Of a stretch of 64,000 nucleotides of DNA, positions 54,287-64,000 are shown piece by piece. The stretch's first letter is position 1, and each line of letters starts with the position of its first letter. The stretch covers positions 23,391 through 87,390 of the forward strand of contig JAFQMC010000020.1 in assembly GCA_017421045.1 (NCBI GenBank), given 5' to 3'. This DNA is from Clostridia bacterium. Its GTDB lineage: Bacteria > Bacillota > Clostridia > Oscillospirales > Acutalibacteraceae. Below the pieces are notes generated by a model. The model was not told the DNA's origin. It searched no databases and worked only from the letters and a program-made list of their open reading frames with translations. Made by a program: the position numbers and the translations under genes.

Positions 54287-54975
54287 TGTCTGTTTACGCA
54301 ATAGCAGATCTTCACCTTTCACTTGGAACTGACAAGCCTATGGATGTTTTCTCGGGATGGACAGATTATGTAGAGCGACTTGAGAATAACTGGCGTAAGC
54401 TTATTTCTGATGAAGATACCGTGGTTATTGCCGGTGATATTTCATGGGCAATGAGACTTGAGGAGTGTGAAGCTGACTTTCAGTTTATCAACTCTCTTCC
54501 GGGTAAAAAAATCTTCATCAAAGGCAACCATGATTACTGGTGGGGTACTAAAAAGAAAATAGAAGAGTATCTTGAGGAAAAAGGTTTTAATACCATCAGC
54601 ATACTTTTCAACAATTCCTATGAAGCTGATGGTATCAGCATATGCGGAACCAGAGGATGGAACTATGAATCCTCCGGCGAAAAGGATATGAGAATTCTCA
54701 ACAGGGAAATCGGCAGACTTCAGATGTCTATCGATTGTGCTAAGAAATCAGGACTTGAACCTGTTGTCTTTCTGCACTATCCGCCTGTGTATGATACTAT
54801 CGTCTGTGAGGAGATAATCAACACCTTAAAACAAAACGACATCAAACGTTGTTACTACGGTCATCTCCATGGTTCAGCAACACACAGACATGCCATAACC
54901 GGCAACTATGAGGGAATTAATCTTCAACTGATTTCATGCGATTTCACAGGGTTCTTTCCTGTACCGATCGTTTGA
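54286..54975 (+). CDS. Calcineurin-like metallophosphoesterase
   Basis: ADLH, GDISW, GNHDYW, HYPP, YGHLH. Confidence 0.87.
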   Translation: MSVYAIADLHLSLGTDKPMDVFSGWTDYVERLENNWRKLISDEDTVVIAGDISWAMRLEECEADFQFINSLPGKKIFIKGNHDYWWGTKKKIEEYLEEKGFNTISILFNNSYEADGISICGTRGWNYESSGEKDMRILNREIGRLQMSIDCAKKSGLEPVVFLHYPPVYDTIVCEEIINTLKQNDIKRCYYGHLHGSATHRHAITGNYEGINLQLISCDFTGFFPVPIV

Positions 54976-55013
54976 ATATACCAAAAATTCATTTATATTG
55001 GAGGAATTTTAAA

Positions 55014-56288
55014 ATGGCACTTAAGTCATCAACTATGAAGGAAACAAATAAGTATGAGCTGGAAGTTGTTGTAGACGCAGCAACATTCGAAGCAGCAGTA
55101 CAGAGATCTTACAAGAAGAACATCGGTCAGGTTAATATCCCCGGCTTCCGTAAAGGAAAGGCACCCAGACAGATGGTAGAGAAAATGTACGGCAAAGATG
55201 TATTCTATCCCGATGCAATCGAGTTCTGCTATCCCGAGGCACTTGAAGCTGCAGTTAAAGAAGCTAACCTCCGTCTTGTAGCAGTTGAGTCCGTTGAGGA
55301 AGTCAGCGCTGACGGCGACTTTGTTTTCAAGGCTGTAGTAATCGTTGAGCCCGAGGTTGAGGTTGAGGGCTACAAGGATATCGAAGTTAAGTCCAAGGCT
55401 GTTCGCGTAACTGAGAAAATGATTGGCGAAGAGATCGACAAGATTCGTGACAGAAACAGCCGTATGATTACTGTTGAGGACAGAGCTGCTGCAGACGGCG
55501 ATACAGCTGTTATTGATTTTGAGGGTTTCCTCGGTGATAAAGCTTTTGAAGGCGGCAAAGCTGAGAACTACAACCTTGCTCTGGGCAGCGGTTCCTTTAT
55601 TCCCGGTTTTGAGGAGCAAATTATCGGCCACAACGCAGGCGAGGAATTTACAATCACAGTTACATTCCCCGAGGATTATCAGGCAGAAGAGCTCAAGGGT
55701 CAGGATGCACAGTTCAAGATTAAGCTCCATGAAATCAAGACTAAAGAGCTTCCCGAGCTTGACGACGAGTTCGTAAAGGACGTCAGCGACAAAGAAACTG
55801 TTGACGAGTATAAAAAGGAAGTCAAGGAGACAATCTCCAAGAGACTTAAAGAAGAGAGAGAGAACGACATCAACAATCAGATTACTGATAAGCTCATTGA
55901 GCTTGTTCAGGGCGAGATTCCCGAGGCTATGTACGACAACGAAGTCAACTCCATGCTTCGTGACTTTGATGCACGTCTCCGCTCACAGGGTATGGATATG
56001 AACACATACCTCGGCTATATGGGTATGGATGTTGATGCTCTCAAGAATATGTATCGCAAGGATGCAGAGCGCAGAGTAAAGCTTCGTCTTGCACTGAAGA
56101 AGATTGCTAAACTCGAGGAAATTGTTGTAACAGACGAGGATGTCGAGGCAGAGTTCAAGGCACTCTCTGAGAACTACGGCGTAGATGTAGACAGAATCAA
56201 GATGCTCGTAGATGCTGAGGATCAGCGTGATGACATCGCTGTTCAGCGCGCTATGGATATGGTAAGAAAGTCTGCATCCGTAAAATAA
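55014..56288 (+). CDS. tig: Trigger factor
   Basis: GFRKGK, FKBP domain FIPGFE; GGAGG RBS before ATG 55014. Confidence 0.96.
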   Translation: MALKSSTMKETNKYELEVVVDAATFEAAVQRSYKKNIGQVNIPGFRKGKAPRQMVEKMYGKDVFYPDAIEFCYPEALEAAVKEANLRLVAVESVEEVSADGDFVFKAVVIVEPEVEVEGYKDIEVKSKAVRVTEKMIGEEIDKIRDRNSRMITVEDRAAADGDTAVIDFEGFLGDKAFEGGKAENYNLALGSGSFIPGFEEQIIGHNAGEEFTITVTFPEDYQAEELKGQDAQFKIKLHEIKTKELPELDDEFVKDVSDKETVDEYKKEVKETISKRLKEERENDINNQITDKLIELVQGEIPEAMYDNEVNSMLRDFDARLRSQGMDMNTYLGYMGMDVDALKNMYRKDAERRVKLRLALKKIAKLEEIVVTDEDVEAEFKALSENYGVDVDRIKMLVDAEDQRDDIAVQRAMDMVRKSASVK

Positions 56289-56343
56289 TTCTTGAATAAG
56301 TCTTATAATTTTTGTTAAGTATTATTCTGAAAGGATGATTTAG

Positions 56344-56925
56344 ATGAGCTTTGTACCTTATGTTGTAGAGCAGACCAGCCGCGGAGAGCGTTCCTACGAT
56401 ATTTTCTCCCGTTTGCTCAACGATAGAATAATCATACTGAATGAAGAAGTAAATTCCGCTTCTGCTGGCGTAGTTGTTGCTCAGCTTTTATACCTTGAGG
56501 GACAGGATCCTTCAAAGGATATCAGCCTTTATATCAACAGCCCCGGCGGTTCTGTTACCGATGGTATGGCTATTTACGACACAATGCAGTACATCAAGTG
56601 TGATGTTTCGACAATCTGTATGGGAATGGCTGCTTCTATGGGTGCTTTTCTTCTTGCAGCAGGAACTCCCGGCAAGAGATATGCACTTCCTAATGCTGAT
56701 ATCATGATTCATCAGCCCAGCGGCGGCGCTCAGGGTCAGGCAACTGACATTGAGATCCACACTCAGCATATTCTTCATACAAAGAAGAAACTCAACGAAA
56801 TCCTTGCAAAGAACACAGGTAAACCCTATGATATTATTGCAAGAGATACAGAAAGAGATAACTTCATGACTGCACAGCAGGCAATGGAGTACGGTCTCAT
56901 TGATAAGGTAATCGAAAAGAGATAA
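56344..56925 (+). CDS. clpP: ClpP protease
   Basis: YINSPGG, AASMG, IMIHQP. Confidence 0.97.
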   Translation: MSFVPYVVEQTSRGERSYDIFSRLLNDRIIILNEEVNSASAGVVVAQLLYLEGQDPSKDISLYINSPGGSVTDGMAIYDTMQYIKCDVSTICMGMAASMGAFLLAAGTPGKRYALPNADIMIHQPSGGAQGQATDIEIHTQHILHTKKKLNEILAKNTGKPYDIIARDTERDNFMTAQQAMEYGLIDKVIEKR

Positions 56926-56935
56926 GGGGAAACCA

Positions 56936-58204
56936 ATGCCTAATACCAAAGACAACGGTGATGTTTGCTGTTCTTTTTGCGGCAAAACTCAGGGGATGGT
57001 CGGCAAACTCATTGCCGGCAACGGAGTATATATCTGTGATAACTGCGTAGAGCTTTGTATGTCTATACTCGACGAAGGTGAGCTTATAGAGCCTGCAGTA
57101 GTTGCAGATACCATTGATGCTTCGCAACTTCTGAAACCGCACGAGATTAAAGCTATTCTCGATGAGTATGTCATCGGGCAAGATAGCGCAAAGATAACAC
57201 TTAGTGTTGCTGTCTATAATCATTACAAAAGAGTTTTCAACGAGGACGATGATGTAGAGTTTTCTAAGAGCAATGTTCTGCTTCTCGGACCTACAGGTGT
57301 CGGCAAGACTCTACTTGCCCAGACACTGGCGAAAGCTCTCGATGTGCCTTTTGCTATTGCTGATGCAACTACACTCACAGAGGCAGGTTATGTTGGTGAG
57401 GATGTAGAAAATATCCTTCTCAAGCTTATTCAGGCTGCTGATTATGATATTGAAAAAGCTCAGACAGGTATCATCTACATTGATGAGATTGACAAAATTT
57501 CAAGAAAGTCTGAGAATCCTTCCATAACCCGTGACGTCAGCGGTGAAGGTGTTCAGCAGGCGCTTCTCAAAATGATTGAAGGAACAGTCGCAAATGTTCC
57601 GCCTCAGGGTGGCAGAAAACATCCCCAGCAGGAATTCATCAACATTGATACAAAGAACATCCTCTTCATATGCGGAGGTGCCTTTGACGGACTCGAAAAA
57701 GTTGTGGAGAAACGTACAGATTCATCAACACTTGGATTCGAAGCAAATGTTATCGACAAAAAGTCACTTAATGAAACGTACTGGATGCAGAAAGTCGTAT
57801 CCCACGACCTGGTCAAGTTCGGACTCATTCCTGAGCTTGTGGGCAGATTGCCTGTCATAACCGCTCTGTCAGGCCTCGATAAAGAGGCACTTGTTCGCAT
57901 TCTTACAGAGCCTAAGAACTCGCTTATTAAGCAGTATAAAAAGCTGTTTGCTTACGATGATGTGCTTCTTGAGTTTGAGGATGAGGCGCTCTCTGCAATT
58001 GCTGAGAAGGCTCTTGAACAGCAGACAGGCGCCAGAGGTCTCAGAGGAATACTTGAACAGAATCTGACTCAGCTGATGTTTGATGTTCCTTCTGACGAAT
58101 CTATAAGTAAAGTAGTAATTACAAGTGAATCTATTACAGAAGGTTCTAAGCCGATAATTACACGTAATTCTGAGAGAACACAGTCAGAGAAAAGCGCTTC
58201 CTGA
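56936..58204 (+). CDS. clpX: ClpX ATPase
   Basis: CSFCGK zinc finger, [23 protein letters not shown] loop. Confidence 0.97.
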   Translation: MPNTKDNGDVCCSFCGKTQGMVGKLIAGNGVYICDNCVELCMSILDEGELIEPAVVADTIDASQLLKPHEIKAILDEYVIGQDSAKITLSVAVYNHYKRVFNEDDDVEFSKSNVLLLGPTGVGKTLLAQTLAKALDVPFAIADATTLTEAGYVGEDVENILLKLIQAADYDIEKAQTGIIYIDEIDKISRKSENPSITRDVSGEGVQQALLKMIEGTVANVPPQGGRKHPQQEFINIDTKNILFICGGAFDGLEKVVEKRTDSSTLGFEANVIDKKSLNETYWMQKVVSHDLVKFGLIPELVGRLPVITALSGLDKEALVRILTEPKNSLIKQYKKLFAYDDVLLEFEDEALSAIAEKALEQQTGARGLRGILEQNLTQLMFDVPSDESISKVVITSESITEGSKPIITRNSERTQSEKSAS

Positions 58205-58230
58205 TAGTGTTCAACCTATCACAAATACAA

Positions 58231-58260
58231 TGCCGTACATCGAAACTTCGGTGTACGGCA
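58231..58260 (+). other. Stable hairpin between clpX and lon
   Basis: TGCCGTACATCGA-AACT-TCGGTGTACGGCA; no clean U tract. Confidence 0.55.
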
Positions 58261-58288
58261 ATTGCAATTTTCTATACGAGGTATATTT

Positions 58289-60682
58289 ATGACCCAAAAC
58301 GACTCTTTAGTTCCTAATATTCCTGTTCTGCCTTTGCGTGGAATAGTCGTTTTTCCTAAGATGATGCTTCATATTGATGTGGGCAGAAAGAAATCTATTA
58401 ATGCTATAAAACATGCAATGAATAACGATCAGCTGGTATTTGCATCAGCTCAATTTGATGCATCGGTTAGCAACCCTGATGTGAATGATTTGTATCAGAT
58501 TGGTGTGATATCCAGAGTTGTTCAGGTTATTAAGCAACCTGACAATACAGTGAGAGTTGTTCTTGAAGGTTTGTACAGAGCCAGTGTGCAATTTGTTGTA
58601 GAAAATAAATCATACCTTTGTGCAGACGTGGCTCCCGTTGCAGAGATGAATTGTACCGATGAGGTAACAGAACTTGCACTGACACGTGCTCTTAAATCTG
58701 TTTTTGAAAAATATGTGGAGCTTAACTCAAAGCTTCCTTCTGATATAATGTTCAAAGTTGGTCTTTGCAATAACTGCGGAGACCTCAGCGATTTTCTTGC
58801 AGGCAACATTCTTCTGGATTACAGAAACAAACAGACAGTCCTTGAAATCCTGTCTGCAAAGAAACGTACGGAGTCGCTTATCCGTATGCTGAACAATGAG
58901 CTTCTTGTTTTAGAGCTTGAACATGAAATAAACGACAGAACCCGCGCTAATCTTGATCAGACACAGCGTGAGATATTCCTTCGGGAAGAAATCAGAGCGA
59001 TTCAGGAAGAACTCGGTGATACAGAGGATCCTGATTTTGAAGCGGAAAATCTGCGCGAAGCTATCAAAGAAAAAAAGATGGGGGAGGAGATTGAAAAAAT
59101 CCTCCTCAAAGAATGCACTAAACTTGACAGAATGCCCTATGGAAGTCAGGAAGCAGCTGTAATCCGCACTTACATAGACACCTGTCTGGAGCTTCCTTGG
59201 CACGTTTTTACTGAAGAGAACATAGACCTCTCAAAGGTTCGTGAGGCTCTTGATAAAAAGCATTATGGTCTTGAAAAAGTCAAGGACAGAATTATTGAAT
59301 ACCTTGCAGTGAGAAAACTAAATCCTCAGTCAAAGGGTAATATTATCTGCCTTGTAGGCCCTCCGGGTGTCGGCAAAACCTCAATAGCACTCTCTGTTGC
59401 TGAAGACATCAACAGAAAGTCGGTGCGGATTTCTCTGGGCGGTGTTAAGGATGAAGCTGAGATCCGCGGTCACAGACGTACATACATCGGCTCTATGCCC
59501 GGACGGATTATGGCTGGTATGAAAAAAGCAGGCAGTATGAATCCTCTCGTGGTTCTTGATGAAATAGACAAGCTTTCAAATGATTACAAGGGCGACCCTA
59601 CCTCTGCTTTACTGGAAGTTCTGGATGGTGAGCAGAACAGCACCTTTGTTGATCACTATCTCGACATACCCTTTGACCTTTCGGATGTAATGTTTATTAC
59701 AACTGCCAACGACCTGAGTTCAATTTCTGAACCGCTTCGTGATAGAATGGATGTTATCGAGCTATCCAGCTATACCAGAGAAGAAAAGTTCAACATTGCA
59801 AAAAAACATCTTATCAAAAGGCAACTGAGTAACAACGGACTCGCTGCAAAGTCTTTTAAAATCACCGACAGTGCTGTTTATGCGCTGATTGATAAATACA
59901 CCAGAGAAGCGGGAGTTCGTTCCTTAGAACGCATTATTTCCAAGCTTATGCGCAAAGCAGCAGTGTCTGTTGTGAATGACGATGTTTGTGTTCGCATAAA
60001 TGCAACAAATCTTTCTGAATATTTAGGTCCTGCAAAGTATACCGGCGATTATTACTCAGAAAAAGACCAGATAGGTGTTGCAAACGGTCTGGCCTGGACA
60101 GCTGTAGGCGGAGAGATATTGCCTATAGAAGTCGCTGTTATGGATGGAACCGGCAAGCTTGAATTGACAGGTTCATTGGGTGACGTCATGCAGGAGTCAG
60201 CAAAGACCGCCGTAACCTGCATCAGGAGCAGAGCAAAAAGTCTGGGTATTGATCCTGACTTTTATAAAAATAAGGATATCCACATCCACGCACCAGAGGG
60301 AGCAGTTCCCAAGGATGGACCCTCTGCAGGAATTACAATGGCTACCGCAATATGTTCAGCTCTTACATCATCAAAAGTCAGATGCGATGTCGCTATGACC
60401 GGAGAGATTACTCTACGAGGCAGAGTTTTACCCATAGGCGGACTCAAGGAAAAAGCCATTGCTGCCTATAAATCAGGCATCAGGCAGGTTATCATCCCTG
60501 AGAAGAACGTGCCTGATATAGCTGAAATTGATCCTGTTGTTCGCGAGAACGTTAAGTTTATTCCCGTTGATTCTATTGATGAAGTGCTTAATATGATGTT
60601 GATTAAAAACGTCAAAAAAGTATCTTCGTCGAAATCAACAAGAAAACAGCCGAGCGCAGACAAGATAGCATCAGTCAACTGA
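58289..60682 (+). CDS. lon: Endopeptidase La
   Basis: [30 protein letters not shown]. Confidence 0.96.
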   Translation: MTQNDSLVPNIPVLPLRGIVVFPKMMLHIDVGRKKSINAIKHAMNNDQLVFASAQFDASVSNPDVNDLYQIGVISRVVQVIKQPDNTVRVVLEGLYRASVQFVVENKSYLCADVAPVAEMNCTDEVTELALTRALKSVFEKYVELNSKLPSDIMFKVGLCNNCGDLSDFLAGNILLDYRNKQTVLEILSAKKRTESLIRMLNNELLVLELEHEINDRTRANLDQTQREIFLREEIRAIQEELGDTEDPDFEAENLREAIKEKKMGEEIEKILLKECTKLDRMPYGSQEAAVIRTYIDTCLELPWHVFTEENIDLSKVREALDKKHYGLEKVKDRIIEYLAVRKLNPQSKGNIICLVGPPGVGKTSIALSVAEDINRKSVRISLGGVKDEAEIRGHRRTYIGSMPGRIMAGMKKAGSMNPLVVLDEIDKLSNDYKGDPTSALLEVLDGEQNSTFVDHYLDIPFDLSDVMFITTANDLSSISEPLRDRMDVIELSSYTREEKFNIAKKHLIKRQLSNNGLAAKSFKITDSAVYALIDKYTREAGVRSLERIISKLMRKAAVSVVNDDVCVRINATNLSEYLGPAKYTGDYYSEKDQIGVANGLAWTAVGGEILPIEVAVMDGTGKLELTGSLGDVMQESAKTAVTCIRSRAKSLGIDPDFYKNKDIHIHAPEGAVPKDGPSAGITMATAICSALTSSKVRCDVAMTGEITLRGRVLPIGGLKEKAIAAYKSGIRQVIIPEKNVPDIAEIDPVVRENVKFIPVDSIDEVLNMMLIKNVKKVSSSKSTRKQPSADKIASVN

Positions 60683-60702
60683 TGTGTATAGGAGTTGAGT
60701 TT

Positions 60703-61290
60703 ATGGATATTAATAATGTAAAATTTGATATGGCTTGCGGAACCTCCGCACAGCTTCCTGAGTCAACTCTTCCTGAGGTTGTGTTTTCCGGAAGATCTAA
60801 CGTGGGAAAGTCATCGCTGATAAATAAAATCACAAACAGAAAAAGTCTTGCCAGAGTCAGCGCGACTCCCGGAAAAACAGCGACAATTAACTTTTTTTCA
60901 TTGAAAGAGTTTGTGCTGGTTGATCTTCCCGGCTATGGATATGCAAAGGTTTCTCATGCAGAAAAGCAACGTTGGGCAGAACTTGTGGAAGGTTACTTTG
61001 ACGATGAGCGTAATTTTGCTCTGGTTGTCCAGATTTGTGATATCAGACATAAGCCAACAGCCGATGATATTCAGATGATTGAATATCTGAGACAAATGGG
61101 ATTTCCTTTTATTGTTGTTCTCACTAAGAAGGACAAGCTCAACAAGACAGAGCTTGCAAAACAGATTGCATTCTACGAAGATTTGCTCAGCGAATATGAT
61201 GCAAAATGCTATCCTTTCTCAGCTCTTAACGGCGAGGGCACCGAGGAAATACGAGATATAATAGACAAATACTTAGAGACAGGGGAGTGA
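60703..61290 (+). CDS. engB: GTP-binding protein EngB/YihA/YsxC
   Basis: GRSNVGKSS, PGKT, DLPGYG, TKKD. Confidence 0.93.
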   Translation: MDINNVKFDMACGTSAQLPESTLPEVVFSGRSNVGKSSLINKITNRKSLARVSATPGKTATINFFSLKEFVLVDLPGYGYAKVSHAEKQRWAELVEGYFDDERNFALVVQICDIRHKPTADDIQMIEYLRQMGFPFIVVLTKKDKLNKTELAKQIAFYEDLLSEYDAKCYPFSALNGEGTEEIRDIIDKYLETGE

Positions 61291-61295
61291 TAATA

Positions 61296-62591
61296 ATGCT
61301 TAATCCTAATCAGTGTATAGGCGACAATGGCCATTTGATGATTGAAGATTGTGACGCGGTTGAATTAGCCAAAGAATACGGCACACCGCTTTACGTTATG
61401 AGTGAAACCACAGTGCGCGACAACTGCCGTGCTTATGTGAAAGCTTTTGATGATTTCTACGACGGAAACGGACGTGCATACTACGCCAGCAAGGCTTTCT
61501 CATGCCTTGAGATTTACAGAATCGTTAAGGAAGAGGGGATGGGTGTAGATGTTGTTTCCGGTGGCGAGCTTTATACTGCAATCAAGGCGGGTTTTCCTGC
61601 TGAACGCATAAACTTCCATGGTAACAATAAAACTCCCGACGAGCTCGCAATGGCTCTTGAGTATGGTGTTGGAATGATTATCGTTGATAATTATTCTGAG
61701 TTTGATTTGATAAACAGCATTGCGGATTCCATGAATAAAGTTGTGAGCATCGCTATCAGAATCAAGCCCGGTGTCGAGGCACACACCCATGAATATATAA
61801 AAACAGGTCAGATTGATTCAAAGTTTGGTTTTGCCATCGAAAACGGCGAGGCAACCTCAGCTGTCGAAAAAGCACTCTCGCTAAAAAATCTTAACCTCAG
61901 AGGTATACATTGCCACATAGGTTCACAGATTTTTGATGTTGAGCCATTTGTTGATGCTGCATCAATCATGATAGATTTTATCGCAGATATAAAGAATCGA
62001 TTTGGCACTGAGATTGAAGAGCTCAACCTCGGCGGTGGCTTTGGAATTAAATATGTGGATTCCGATACACCGAGGAATTTTGCTCTTTATATCGAAGAAG
62101 TCAGCAAAACAGTAAAGGATAAGACTGCACACCTGGGTTTGAAAATGCCTTTCGTTTCAATAGAACCCGGACGCTCCGTTGTCGGTGAAGCGGGTATCAC
62201 TTTATATACTGTAGGCGGCATCAAAAATATACCCGACATCCGCACATATGTTTCTGTAGACGGCGGCATGGGGGATAACATTCGCTATGCATTATACAAC
62301 TCAGAATATACGGTTATTAATGCGATGAGAGCTGATGCCAAGGCAGAGAATAAGGTCACTATCGCAGGAAAATGCTGCGAAAGCGGGGATCTGATTCAGG
62401 AGAATATTCTGCTTGCAGACACCGAGCCGGGGGATATACTGGCTGTCCTTTCAACAGGTGCGTATAACTACTCAATGGCATCTAACTATAACCGAATTCC
62501 AAGACCCGCAGTTGTAATGGTAAAAGGCGATAAACACCGCACAGTTATCAGACGTGAAACCTATGATGATTTGATTAAAAACGATATATAA
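61296..62591 (+). CDS. lysA: Diaminopimelate decarboxylase (start 61287 or 61296)
   Basis: YASKA, SKFG, HCHIGSQ, GGGFG, EPGRS, CESGD, GAY..SM.SNYN. Confidence 0.94.
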   Translation: MLNPNQCIGDNGHLMIEDCDAVELAKEYGTPLYVMSETTVRDNCRAYVKAFDDFYDGNGRAYYASKAFSCLEIYRIVKEEGMGVDVVSGGELYTAIKAGFPAERINFHGNNKTPDELAMALEYGVGMIIVDNYSEFDLINSIADSMNKVVSIAIRIKPGVEAHTHEYIKTGQIDSKFGFAIENGEATSAVEKALSLKNLNLRGIHCHIGSQIFDVEPFVDAASIMIDFIADIKNRFGTEIEELNLGGGFGIKYVDSDTPRNFALYIEEVSKTVKDKTAHLGLKMPFVSIEPGRSVVGEAGITLYTVGGIKNIPDIRTYVSVDGGMGDNIRYALYNSEYTVINAMRADAKAENKVTIAGKCCESGDLIQENILLADTEPGDILAVLSTGAYNYSMASNYNRIPRPAVVMVKGDKHRTVIRRETYDDLIKNDI

Positions 62592-62594
62592 TAT

Positions 62595-62625
62595 AAAAGG
62601 AAGCGTTTTTCGACGCTTCCTTTTT
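62595..62625. terminator. Bidirectional terminator between lysA and the recombinase
   Basis: AAAAGGAAGCGT-loop-ACGCTTCCTTTT. Confidence 0.8.
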
Positions 62626-62633
62626 GTTTGCTG

Positions 62634-63614
62634 TTATTTCTTTTGTTTTATATTTGCCAGTGGGTTTGCCTCTGCAGCGGTTTTCTTTTGTTCAGAATTG
62701 AGGTGCGTATAAATATCGGTTGTACCCAGATTCTCGTGACCGAGCACTTCTTTGAGAATCTTCACGTCAACATTTCCGTATTGATACATAAGAGTAGCAG
62801 CAGTGTGTCTCAGTTTATGACATGAATACCCTTGAGAGTCCAGACCGATTTTTTCAAGATATTTATATACGAGCTTTTGTACAGTCACAGGGCTCATTCT
62901 TTTTGCCTGATTGCTGATAAAGAGTGCGTTCCTATCCTTGAGATTATCATTGGGTCTGACCTTAAGATATGCTTCAATTGCACTGATGCAGGCATCGTTC
63001 AGATAAATAATTCTTTCTTTATTGCCTTTTCCAAGAACTCTGGCAGTGTTATCTCTTCTTATATCGCTGATGTTGAGCCCCACTAATTCAGAAAGACGAA
63101 GTCCGCAGTTGAGAAAGAGGGTTATTATGCAGTAGTCGCGCTCTTTGTGAGGGCCATCAACAGCTTCAAGCAATTGTATGCTTTGTTCCAAAGAAAGATA
63201 TTTTGGTAAGCTTCGCTTCTGCTTAGGTGTTTCAAAATCTTTCAGAGGGTCATTATCTATGAGATGTTTCTTCACGGATAAATACTTGAAGAATCCTCGC
63301 ATTGCAGATGTTTTTCTGAGCCTTGTAGAGCTGTTGTTGCCACGGTCTGTTTTTAAATAATCCATAAACTCATAGGCGTCGGATAGGGAAATGGATTTTA
63401 TCAGTTCAAGGTCAACATCGTTAATTGGTATTTCCTCAAAAGGGATCTTAGGATTAACCATGTCCCGGTGGACTTTTATAAACCTGAAGAAGGTACGAAG
63501 GTCAATAAAATATTCCTCAACAGTTTTTGGAGATTTTTCTTTGACCGTCTGTAAGTAGAAAAGGTAGTCCTTAATAATTGGAGACGCTTCATTTTTATAA
63601 TTCTTAGCCAGCAT
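62634..63614 (-). CDS. Xer-type tyrosine recombinase
   Basis: Full catalytic set: GLRLSE (R), GKGNKER (K), HKLRH, LGH, TDIYTH (Y); GAGGTG RBS before ATG 63614. Confidence 0.9.
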   Translation of the reverse strand: MLAKNYKNEASPIIKDYLFYLQTVKEKSPKTVEEYFIDLRTFFRFIKVHRDMVNPKIPFEEIPINDVDLELIKSISLSDAYEFMDYLKTDRGNNSSTRLRKTSAMRGFFKYLSVKKHLIDNDPLKDFETPKQKRSLPKYLSLEQSIQLLEAVDGPHKERDYCIITLFLNCGLRLSELVGLNISDIRRDNTARVLGKGNKERIIYLNDACISAIEAYLKVRPNDNLKDRNALFISNQAKRMSPVTVQKLVYKYLEKIGLDSQGYSCHKLRHTAATLMYQYGNVDVKILKEVLGHENLGTTDIYTHLNSEQKKTAAEANPLANIKQKK

Positions 63615-63670
63615 AACACACACCTCTGATTTTTGATCAATTAATAAATAGCAGAACCAATCTTTTACTT

Positions 63671-63698
63671 ATTATAGCATAGAAAATAGGGGTGTAAA
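63671..63698 (-). promoter_or_regulatory. sigma-A promoter of the recombinase
   Basis: Minus strand: TTTACA, 16 nt, TG-c-TATAAT. Confidence 0.6.
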
Positions 63699-63710
63699 TT
63701 CCCATACAGA

Positions 63711-63742
63711 AAATTACACAAAATGAATATTTTGTGTAATTT
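63711..63742. repeat. Perfect 14-bp inverted repeat; candidate dif-like recombination site
   Basis: AAATTACACAAAAT-GAAT-ATTTTGTGTAATTT; 11-6-11 core ATTACACAAAA-TGAATA-TTTTGTGTAAT. Confidence 0.6.
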
Positions 63743-64000
63743 AGGGGAGGGCTTTCTAAGAAAAGTGGCTGAAATTACAATTTGTATATTGACAATTCAG
63801 AAAAATGACCATTAATTATCTTTTTGCGTATCGCCATTATGTTGCGATTTTTTTACTGCTGTTTTGTTTTATTTTATTCTAATTTGTAATACGCTGATAT
63901 TAACTGTATTTTTTTATATATAAATAATTATACTTCACTACATATTACTACATCATTCTATTTAATTTCGTGCTATATTTTATATGTTCTCAGAGACATA

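Noticed and set aside
62634-63614. Recombinase as a prophage or ICE integrase
   Set aside because: About 326 aa with no arm-binding extension, and no excisionase, tRNA target or cargo visible; not fully excluded because the window ends
63744-63751. GGGNAGGG KOPS-like octamers (also 9165-9172 and 25959-25966, all on +)
   Set aside because: Too few and not counted systematically; Firmicute translocase motifs differ, and this copy lies past the candidate dif in the non-supporting orientation
1-64000. CRISPR arrays, tRNA/rRNA genes, frameshifted pseudogenes
   Set aside because: No spaced direct repeats, cloverleaf or rRNA signatures in the short intergenic regions; core ORFs look full length

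Overview
Core chromosomal segment of a low-GC, spore-forming clostridial Firmicute (Ruminococcaceae/Oscillospiraceae-like, inferred from gene content and order). About 55 mostly housekeeping CDSs, nearly all on the + strand. They cover translation and RNA processing (cca, rnpB, tadA, infC-rpmI-rplT, trmFO, rnc, leuS, rpsU, efp, miaB/miaA, ileS, rplS, rbgA), DNA maintenance (dprA-topA, smc, mutSL, rnhB), cell division (yggS-sepF-ylmH-divIVA), proteostasis (tig-clpP-clpX-lon-engB) and sporulation (spoIVB, yunB). The only mobile element is one IS200-type tnpA insertion just after the RNase P RNA terminator. I found no CRISPR array, prophage, rRNA or tRNA. Best lead: a lone Xer-type tyrosine recombinase at the right end, with a perfect 14-bp inverted repeat about 100 bp upstream that fits an 11-6-11 dif layout with symmetric arms, a candidate single-recombinase chromosome-dimer-resolution module. 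Other leads: probable non-canonical starts (ATT for an Elp3-like radical SAM gene, CTG for miaB), a 26-nt exact match between leuS and ileS, a 17-Cys acidic protein next to efp, a Cys-tailed YmcA/YlbF protein next to miaB, an HLGT variant of the IleRS HIGH motif, and 5'/3' UTR complementarity in the IS200. All calls come from reading motifs by eye; no database searches were run.
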